Positions 57,429 to 64,000 of a stretch of DNA of 64,000 bases are shown piece after piece. Every line of letters begins with the position of its first letter. The first letter of the stretch is position 1. The notes under the pieces were generated by a model. That model searched no databases and had not been told where the DNA came from. It saw only the letters and a list, made by a program, of their open reading frames with translations. This DNA is from a virus. Lineage: Duplodnaviria; Caudoviricetes. The DNA lies in the IMG/VR virus record IMGVR_UViG_3300011727_000029, positions 10,347 to 74,346 of that record; one strand, 5' to 3'. The translations under genes and the position numbers were made by a program.

Positions 57429-57617
57429 TTACTTTGATTTTGCTATTTTAAACCCTAATTCAAACATTGTTTTTGCGTTATACTCTTCTTTCAATTTGTA
57501 GATTTCTTTTTCAATAGAACTTAAACTATTGGGTTTATAATTCTCATTTTTGAATATTTGAGCGATTTGTATCTGATTCAAGCCCTCTGATAAATGTTTT
57601 ATTAATTTATTTCTCAT
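57429..57617 (-). CDS. Small LuxR/GerE-like HTH protein
   Basis: GLNQIQIAQ...SLSSIEKEIYKLKE...A.T.FELG pattern. Confidence 0.7.
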   Translation of the reverse strand: MRNKLIKHLSEGLNQIQIAQIFKNENYKPNSLSSIEKEIYKLKEEYNAKTMFELGFKIAKSK

Positions 57618-57970
57618 TGTTGTTGTGTTAAATTTTCAATTTGTTCTTTCAGATTATCTATTTCACTTTCAAAATCATCTCTTTGTTTTTCGCAATCTGT
57701 TAACTCTGATTCGATGTTTTTTACTACGCTATCTACTTCATATCTGATTTTCGAATTACAATCACGTACATTTTCGAAAACAGGTTCTGCATTTGAAAAT
57801 ATATGATTAAACCAATTTTCTATAAAGTCTTTACCAGTTTTTGTATCTTCAATTATAGGGCATAACTCTCTAATTATATCATCTAATGAATCACGCAAAT
57901 TATCTTTGAAATTTTCAATGTTTTTATCAATTTCAGGACAAGTGTAAGGGTAATGAAATCTATCACTCAT
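57614..57970 (-). CDS. Hypothetical coiled-coil protein
   Basis: YTCPEID motif, ORF track 118 aa. Confidence 0.6.
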   Translation of the reverse strand: MSDRFHYPYTCPEIDKNIENFKDNLRDSLDDIIRELCPIIEDTKTGKDFIENWFNHIFSNAEPVFENVRDCNSKIRYEVDSVVKNIESELTDCEKQRDDFESEIDNLKEQIENLTQQQ

Positions 57971-58167
57971 AACTCATTATAATTTGCCCAATTACCTATA
58001 TTTTCTTCATGTTCTAATTTTAAATCAACTTTAGATTGTTTTTTATAAGGCTTTATACCTAAATCATTAACTAATTTTCTATATTCTTTTAAAAGTATAT
58101 TTTTCTTAGGTTGCCCCATATCAGAATTTTTTATTTCTTCAATTCTTTTAAAAATTACTGTTTTCAT
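57967..58167 (-). CDS. Hypothetical protein
   Basis: ORF track 66 aa. Confidence 0.55.
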   Translation of the reverse strand: MKTVIFKRIEEIKNSDMGQPKKNILLKEYRKLVNDLGIKPYKKQSKVDLKLEHEENIGNWANYNEL

Positions 58168-58322
58168 TTTCGTTTAATTTCTTTTTCAACTTCAGTTATT
58201 TGACATTTTCTATCGCATCTGTTACAAGTCCAGCCATAACAAGTTAGACCTACATAACCATTATATCTAACATCTGATTTACAACAAATAGATATTTTTA
58301 TTTTTTCATACTTTTTACTCAT
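58164..58322 (-). CDS. 52-aa Cys-rich zinc-ribbon peptide (not in ORF track)
   Basis: Manual translation MSKKYEKIKISICCKSDV...WTCNRCDRKCQ...KRK*. Confidence 0.6.
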   Translation of the reverse strand: MSKKYEKIKISICCKSDVRYNGYVGLTCYGWTCNRCDRKCQITEVEKEIKRK

Positions 58323-58324
58323 AA

Positions 58325-58966
58325 CTACGTCCATAATTTAACTGCTAAATCATATTTCTTTTGAAGTTCATTAACTTCTTTTTTCGCATAAGTCAAAGAA
58401 AAAGAATGACTTTTCTCAATTTTACCGGCTTTCATATCGGCATGATATAGTTTAGCTTCTTCTAATTTAAATTCGTAATATTCTAAACTTTCAGGCATTG
58501 ACAAATTAATATCGTTTGCTCTTTGCGCCCAGTATGCAGCTTTATTTTCATGTTCTTTTGCTTTATCTGCATATTCAACTGATTTACCCATACGTGCCCA
58601 ATTTCGATCAATTAAAGCACGATGACGTTTTTCAGAATGATGACCGATTTTAATAGGTTCACCAAGTGAAAGAAAATCTTTGCCCTCTTGACTAGCTTCG
58701 TAATACTGATTGCTTTTATTTTCAGCTGAATCTGCCCAGTTTTCGTATTTCTCAGCTTTTAATTTTGCTCGCTCTTGAATATTGAAACCATCTGCACGAA
58801 TGATAGAGTAGTAGAAAAAACCATCTTTTTCGTAGATCAGGTTAAAAACAATACTTTCATTGATTTTACCATATTTAGTCGTTAATTTGATTACGTCGCC
58901 TTTTTCATGTTGCTCTTCACATTTTGCAAGAAAAACGTTAGGACAGAATTTTGAATAAGTGTTCAT
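58325..58966 (-). CDS. DUF3560 domain protein
   Basis: GEPIKIGHHSEKRHR signature. Confidence 0.85.
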   Translation of the reverse strand: MNTYSKFCPNVFLAKCEEQHEKGDVIKLTTKYGKINESIVFNLIYEKDGFFYYSIIRADGFNIQERAKLKAEKYENWADSAENKSNQYYEASQEGKDFLSLGEPIKIGHHSEKRHRALIDRNWARMGKSVEYADKAKEHENKAAYWAQRANDINLSMPESLEYYEFKLEEAKLYHADMKAGKIEKSHSFSLTYAKKEVNELQKKYDLAVKLWT

Positions 58967-59169
58967 ATTTATATTTTTTAATGAGTTACAATAAATTCAA
59001 AAATGCTTTTTGTGTTATTATAAAGTCTTGAAGCTTGTTCAAATTTTTCATTCATCATTTTCTCAACTTCACTAGCGTTATTATACTTTAATAATTTTGC
59101 TTCAACTCTTTTTCTTAATATTTCTACTTTCATCGTATTTTGTTTTAATGATTAATTCTTTTACAAATA

Positions 59170-59203
59170 TAAAACAAATAGTTTTAATAAAACAAATAGT
59201 TTT
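59170..59203. promoter_or_regulatory. Tandem 16-bp operator-like repeats
   Basis: TAAAACAAATAGTTTT at 59170-59185 and 59188-59203, each AAAAC-N5-GTTTT, abutting a minus-strand -7 box. Confidence 0.6.
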
Positions 59204-59289
59204 GTAAATATTTTTAACTAAAATAAAACTATATATTTTATTTAATAAGTTGAATACTGCTTATTTGTTTTATTTACTATATTTGCTAA

Positions 59290-59541
59290 ATGGAATTAAG
59301 ATTAAAAGAAATACAACAAAAAAAAGGAATTACAAATGTTGAACTTTCAAAACTAACTGGAATTGGAACTCAACAAATTTCTTATTATCATACTGGAGTT
59401 AGAAAACCACCTTTAAAAACATTAGAAGTTATTGCGAATGCCTTAAATGTTGATCCAATTGAATTAATAGAAACTGGATTAGATTTTGCTCATTTTTATG
59501 ATGACAAAACAGGCGAATGGTTAGGAATTAGAAAGAAATAA
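59290..59541 (+). CDS. XRE-family HTH regulator
   Basis: LRLKEIQQKKGITNVELSKLTGIGTQQISYY. Confidence 0.9.
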   Translation: MELRLKEIQQKKGITNVELSKLTGIGTQQISYYHTGVRKPPLKTLEVIANALNVDPIELIETGLDFAHFYDDKTGEWLGIRKK

Positions 59542-59563
59542 GCGGTTTTTAATCCGCTTATTT
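59536..59563. terminator. Bidirectional terminator between convergent HTH and HNH genes
   Basis: AAATAAGCGG/CCGCTTATTT inverted repeat. Confidence 0.7.
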
Positions 59564-59815
59564 TCCTAAGTTCTTATTATGTTTTTTAATTAAATACGCC
59601 TTAGTAAGTACATTGTCATGAGCTTTGTTATGACAGCTCCGGCAAAGGGCGATTAAATTTTCTATTTTATCCTGAAGATGTTTCATTTTCTTGCCGAATT
59701 CTGAACGGCGTTTGATGTGATGAATATCTTCTGCTTTCTTTCCGCATACTTCGCAATCGTAATACCCTGTATGACTTGGAAAATGTTCTGTGTAAACTTT
59801 ATGATGTTTTTGCAT
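59558..59815 (-). CDS. HNH endonuclease, near-identical to 17359..17646
   Basis: Same CEVCG...HHI...LCRSCH sequence. Confidence 0.9.
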   Translation of the reverse strand: MQKHHKVYTEHFPSHTGYYDCEVCGKKAEDIHHIKRRSEFGKKMKHLQDKIENLIALCRSCHNKAHDNVLTKAYLIKKHNKNLGK

Positions 59816-60137
59816 TGTAAATTTCGTTTGCTTTTATTATTGCTTGTTCGGTGGCTTCTTGACGAGAATCTTCTTTAATTCTACACTTTAGGCAATCATT
59901 AAAATGCAATCCTCTTGTATCTGAAATAACGTAATACCATTCTTTAAACTCTAATCCTTGACAAAATCTCTTAGTCTGGATATAAATACCAACCGAATCA
60001 AAGAACTCTATAATATGTGCATTCTTTTCAATATTTGATTTTGATATAAAAATTAATATTAAATGTGATGATATTTTAATTAATTCTTTACAATACCACT
60101 TCTTAAAATCTTCTCTCGCTTTTCCTGTTAGTTCCAT
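59799..60137 (-). CDS. Hypothetical nin-region protein (MELTGKA family)
   Basis: Homolog of 17630..17938. Confidence 0.7.
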   Translation of the reverse strand: MELTGKAREDFKKWYCKELIKISSHLILIFISKSNIEKNAHIIEFFDSVGIYIQTKRFCQGLEFKEWYYVISDTRGLHFNDCLKCRIKEDSRQEATEQAIIKANEIYNAKTS

Positions 60138-60406
60138 TACTTTATGTTTTCTGTGTTAAAATCTCCATAAACATCTTTTCCGAAGTCAATTTGCTTAATA
60201 ATTCCTTGTTTGAATAAATTGACAAATAATATTTTTTTCCAATCAATAGCATTTCCTCCCCATGCTCCATCAATAATACCCATAGAGCATTGATATAATT
60301 CATTTTTTATTGCTTTATGGAGAGTTATTTTTTCAACTAATGGAATTGCATACATTCTAAATTCTTCCATAGGTATTGACAATGTGAATTTTGCAGTATA
60401 TTTCAT
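60137..60406 (-). CDS. Hypothetical protein ending NTENIK
   Basis: ORF track 89 aa. Confidence 0.6.
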   Translation of the reverse strand: MKYTAKFTLSIPMEEFRMYAIPLVEKITLHKAIKNELYQCSMGIIDGAWGGNAIDWKKILFVNLFKQGIIKQIDFGKDVYGDFNTENIK

Positions 60407-60741
60407 TTTATGTTTTCTGTGTTAAGGATTGATTGTTTTTCTGTTCCAATAACATCTATATAATCTCCAAATTCGTCAACGTGTTCAATTTTAATATCTT
60501 CAATATTCGCTATCTTCTTCTTCAACTCGTCTTGGATTAGTTGTATTACTGAGTTAATATGATTATCTATTTCGTCTGATGAGACAAGGATGTGATGTGC
60601 TAATAAATGTGTCCAATCCTCATACCCTTGCTCCTTAGCGTATTCGTCTTTGATTTGTTCTATTATCATAGTTAATCCTTTTTTAAAATAAATAATGTAG
60701 TGTGTTTTGTATCTAGTTTCACACAATAAAAAACAGTCCAT
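60403..60741 (-). CDS. Hypothetical protein, homolog of 17938..18174
   Basis: DEYAKEQGYEDW...ILNTENIK; real start likely the internal MTMIIEQ. Confidence 0.65.
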   Translation of the reverse strand: MDCFLLCETRYKTHYIIYFKKGLTMIIEQIKDEYAKEQGYEDWTHLLAHHILVSSDEIDNHINSVIQLIQDELKKKIANIEDIKIEHVDEFGDYIDVIGTEKQSILNTENIK

Positions 60742-60932
60742 CCTAACCTAAGATGATTGTTCAATTCTCCTTTTCTAATTTCCGTATCCGTTAACACTAT
60801 ACTTGTCATAGTTTATTTTTTTTTGCGTTTTTTTCTTAATTTATTTTTAGTTTGGTCGCTTGGTATTGTAGAGAACTCTTTTCTTGGTTTTAACAACTTA
60901 TATACCGTTTTAATCTCTCTCATTCTCATAAC

Positions 60933-61301
60933 TTAATATATTGGTGGTTTTTGTTTATCTATCGGCTTCCAATGCGTAACACCGTAAAACTTTTCCCATG
61001 CGTAAGGAGTAACTAAATAAAAATGCTCTTCGGTCATTATACCGTTTTTTCTGTACGTTAAATACTTCCCTTGCTCCTTTGGTAAACCTTCCTCTATTTT
61101 AATCCAACCATTGTTGTGTTCTATTCCTCGAAGTGATTTAGGTCTAACACACTTATTTATTATGTCATATTCTGTTTTATCTAAAAACTTTTCCATATTA
61201 GGAACATGTTGCAAATACCACATATTAAACCATCCGTTTTCGCATATATGAGGATTAAAAACTCCTCCCCAAGCTTCTTTTATTAATTCTTCTTTTGTCA
61301 T
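60933..61301 (-). CDS. DUF551-like protein
   Basis: NGWIKIEEGLPKEQGKYL...VTHWKPI. Confidence 0.7.
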   Translation of the reverse strand: MTKEELIKEAWGGVFNPHICENGWFNMWYLQHVPNMEKFLDKTEYDIINKCVRPKSLRGIEHNNGWIKIEEGLPKEQGKYLTYRKNGIMTEEHFYLVTPYAWEKFYGVTHWKPIDKQKPPIY

Positions 61302-61322
61302 GATTATTTGGTTTTGATTAGT

Positions 61323-61775
61323 TTATTCGTGAATGTTTCCGATTAATTCAAAAGACTCTTCATGAGGTTGATAAAACAATAGATAACCCCCATCATCCGG
61401 ATTCTCACACTTTAGAAAAAGTCCTAAAGAAGTAATTTCAATAACTCCCTCTACTTCTTTTTCGCACTCAATAGCTCCACCGGAATAAACGCCCTGATAG
61501 AAGTAATGAAATTTCACTTTATCCCCTTCAAAAATCTTATTTCCTTTTTTATCAAGTATCCCGGTGAATTGAGAAACAGTTTCAGGTCTTACTTCATAAT
61601 ATCCATAATCATCTGTAAAATCTTCAAATGAGTAAGCATCTTCGCAATCTTCTGGATTAAAAATATAAAATACTGTTTCTCTACTTTTCACTTTATAGAA
61701 TGCGTTATTTATTAAACTCCCATAAACCAGCTCTCCGTTGTCAACTCTCTTTCCTCTAAATAATATTTCTCTCAT
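61323..61775 (-). CDS. YopX-family protein
   Basis: MREILFRGKR...VSQFTGILDK.G.KIFEGD...IGNIHE. Confidence 0.92.
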   Translation of the reverse strand: MREILFRGKRVDNGELVYGSLINNAFYKVKSRETVFYIFNPEDCEDAYSFEDFTDDYGYYEVRPETVSQFTGILDKKGNKIFEGDKVKFHYFYQGVYSGGAIECEKEVEGVIEITSLGLFLKCENPDDGGYLLFYQPHEESFELIGNIHE

Positions 61776-62065
61776 AATCCTATTCCTAAATTGTCCTGTT
61801 CCTCTTTTTCAATTATAGCCCAATTTGGCTGCGTGAATATTCCATCTGGAGTTTCACCTTTATGTTTTTGTGTAGATTGAATCGTGTCTGTGTTTATACG
61901 AATATTTGGATAAGTTCCAGTATAAATATTAGGTGGTAATTTGAATGCTTCAATCTCAACATCACCAGTTATTTCTTGGCCTAAAAAATCATCAGGAACA
62001 ACAGCCATTAAAGCTATTTTATCTCCTATTTTTCTAGCTATTATTTTAAAGTAAACTGTTTTCAT
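61772..62065 (-). CDS. Hypothetical protein
   Basis: ORF track 97 aa. Confidence 0.6.
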   Translation of the reverse strand: MKTVYFKIIARKIGDKIALMAVVPDDFLGQEITGDVEIEAFKLPPNIYTGTYPNIRINTDTIQSTQKHKGETPDGIFTQPNWAIIEKEEQDNLGIGL

Positions 62066-62532
62066 AATCCTATTTGTTTTATTGCGGTTTCGGTTAGTGT
62101 TATTTCTACAGAAAACTTGAGTAAACTTTCAATTGTAGTTTTAGTTTTGTTTTTCAAAACCCTTAAGTAAACCCCGTTCTTATCCTCGATTATATAAAAA
62201 TTAGTTACATTTCTAATCAAACTCAAATCGCCATCAAATTCAAACAATACACGCTCTTTAGCTTCTATAAATTCAAAAATTCTAGTATAATCACAAGAGA
62301 AATCCCCATAAGCTAAACCTTTAAACCATTCCATATCTTTTTTACTAGGCTCTTTCAAAACATTCCCATCTTCATTCGTTGGAACAAACATTCCAAGTGT
62401 TAATGGTTGTTTTAGGAATTTAGCATAATTGTAAGACGTCATATAAGCTTTTGTCATATGTTGTACTTTAGGTAATGCTGGAAGCTCTTTAGATTGCTCC
62501 AAAACAAAATCTGTCATTCCTATTAATTTCAT
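62062..62532 (-). CDS. Conserved phage hypothetical protein
   Basis: MKLIGMTDFVLEQ...FLKQPLTLGMFVP. Confidence 0.65.
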   Translation of the reverse strand: MKLIGMTDFVLEQSKELPALPKVQHMTKAYMTSYNYAKFLKQPLTLGMFVPTNEDGNVLKEPSKKDMEWFKGLAYGDFSCDYTRIFEFIEAKERVLFEFDGDLSLIRNVTNFYIIEDKNGVYLRVLKNKTKTTIESLLKFSVEITLTETAIKQIGL

Positions 62533-62942
62533 TTCTCCTGATTTAAAGTGTTAATATCAACCGCCTCTTTTTTATCTATTAAGTTGTGTATATCAAAATG
62601 ATGGCTATAAAAGAAATTCACCAATCCATGAGGTAAATAATCTATGTCGCATTCTAATATTTCTGATTTTGTTAACCCGTACAAACTCATAAATAAACTA
62701 AAATCTTCTTTCGTAAGGTCTGAAAGAGGTCGTAGAATAGGGATTAATTTATTTTCATCTCTATTAAACACATTACTTCTAATTCGTGTAGTGTTTTCAA
62801 ATCTAACTTCACCCGTTATAAAACATTTGTCATTTGTTTTGTAAGGCTTATTTAATCCAATAAGTGTATAAATACCGTCATCTCCTTTTAATTTTAATTT
62901 GTAAGGAAAATATGCAGCTAAATGTTTTTGTTCTAAACTCAT
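62529..62942 (-). CDS. Conserved phage hypothetical protein
   Basis: HLAAYFPYKL...PILRPLSDLTKE...HFDIHNLI. Confidence 0.65.
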   Translation of the reverse strand: MSLEQKHLAAYFPYKLKLKGDDGIYTLIGLNKPYKTNDKCFITGEVRFENTTRIRSNVFNRDENKLIPILRPLSDLTKEDFSLFMSLYGLTKSEILECDIDYLPHGLVNFFYSHHFDIHNLIDKKEAVDINTLNQEK

Positions 62943-63184
62943 AACTCTGTAGCTTTTTTGATTAGTTGTTTGATTTCTTCGTATGATTCTTTGACATAAA
63001 GCTCAAAATTATCTCCACTGCACTCATACTTACTTACAAGCTCACTTGTTACAATTAAAACTGGACTTATATTTAAAACCCTTAATATTGAATTAACCGA
63101 TACTAATTCTTTTTTATCCGAATCTGAGGCAGATACCTCAATAAACCCTTTTAGAGATTCTATTAACTCGTTTTCGTTTTCCAT
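62939..63184 (-). CDS. Hypothetical protein
   Basis: ORF track 81 aa. Confidence 0.55.
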   Translation of the reverse strand: MENENELIESLKGFIEVSASDSDKKELVSVNSILRVLNISPVLIVTSELVSKYECSGDNFELYVKESYEEIKQLIKKATEL

Positions 63185-63267
63185 AGTTTTGATTTTTTAA
63201 AATTTTTATTATTTTTGGGATTCATAAAATTGAAGTTTAAACTTTAAAATCCCATTAAAGTTTGGTC

Positions 63268-63768
63268 TCAAGCCCTTTTAGGAGGGCTTTTTTTTATTTC
63301 TAAACAGATCCCTAAACCATTTTTTTGTGCATTTAATAAAGCTTTAACTGCCGCTTCTCCATTAGCAAAAAGAGTTGTCCCATTAGCTGGCTGATCGCCG
63401 CTAGTTCCATCTGGTTTAATGAATTTTATTTTTTTATCAACTATTAAAATTGCATCAGATTTACTTACTAAATATTGATACCATGATGCGGAAGTTCTAT
63501 CTGGAAATAGCGCTATTCCATTCGAATGGTTAATAAATTTTTCAATCCATTTTAATTTCTCTTTTTGATTGCCAAATGGTGGATTCATCCAGATAAAACC
63601 ATCCCATTTTTTTCGCAAACTATCTGAAGTAATTATTCTTGATGATGGAACAAATGTTCTTGAAGTTGGATGCGCTACATCTAAATCAAATTCAACCTCT
63701 AAAGCATCAAATATATATTTAGGTGTATACCATTCATCTGATTTGCCTTTTGATTCATGTATTCCCAT
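63268..63768 (-). CDS. Phage DNA N6-adenine methyltransferase (Dam-like)
   Basis: DEWYTP, FDLDVA and catalytic NPPF motifs. Confidence 0.9.
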   Translation of the reverse strand: MGIHESKGKSDEWYTPKYIFDALEVEFDLDVAHPTSRTFVPSSRIITSDSLRKKWDGFIWMNPPFGNQKEKLKWIEKFINHSNGIALFPDRTSASWYQYLVSKSDAILIVDKKIKFIKPDGTSGDQPANGTTLFANGEAAVKALLNAQKNGLGICLEIKKSPPKRA

Positions 63769-64000
63769 TTGTTAGATTTTTTATATATTCGCAGTGACAC
63801 TCACCTTGAGTGTCGCAGGTAGTAGAGAGGAGCTCCGGTGTTTTCATCGGGGCTTTTTTATTAGAAATAATAATTGTTGTTATTTAAATATTTCTTTTTT
63901 GAGATTGTTTATAGGCTAAATGTTTTGGATAAACAATATTTGTAAAATTCTCTTTTTGTTCATCTGACATTATTTTCCATAAAACAGCCTTACCTCCTAA

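Larger units (their letters stand above)
28239..64000 (-). mobile_element. Prophage 2 (long-tailed temperate phage), right end outside window
   Basis: att core, tyrosine integrase, lysis cassette and a second full set of capsid, portal, tape measure and terminase genes not closely similar to those of prophage 1. Confidence 0.93.

Noticed and set aside
1-64000. CRISPR array, DGR/reverse transcriptase, invertible shufflon, IS element, rRNA
   Set aside because: No regularly spaced repeat-spacer units, RT motifs, invertase with inverted-repeat cassettes, transposase or rRNA-like sequence were seen by eye.

Overview
The whole window is temperate-phage DNA from an AT-rich Bacteroidota host, probably Flavobacteriales (inferred from TAnnTTTG -7 promoter boxes and the general absence of Shine-Dalgarno motifs). 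It holds two different long-tailed prophages in tandem, both read mainly on the minus strand. Prophage 1 (1-~28260, left end outside the window) runs portal, capsid, tape measure, terminase, nin-like region, replication, recombination and a CI/Cro immunity switch. It ends at a 21-bp copy of a tRNA-Ser-like 3' end (28239-28259) flanked by integrase arm-type repeats. Prophage 2 (28239-64000, right end outside the window) starts with a tyrosine integrase, then lysis, tail fibre, head, portal, tail, tape measure, tail chaperone with a -1 frameshift, terminase, a late-operon head module and a nin-like region. The strongest lead is at the start of the prophage 2 late operon: a tRNA with the initiator/formylation determinants of tRNA-fMet but a valine AAC anticodon (56978-57051). 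About 430 nt downstream in the same transcript is an unannotated 53-codon Arg/Gly-rich ORF (56390-56551) whose only plausible start is GTT, the codon that anticodon reads. This suggests a phage-encoded orthogonal initiation system (inference, untested). Other notable items are a 114-nt tRNA-like RNA with an oversized two-hairpin variable region in prophage 1, gene cassettes joined by repeated junction sequences, and candidate defence morons. No CRISPR array, rRNA or IS element was seen. All product calls come from motifs and gene context, not database searches.
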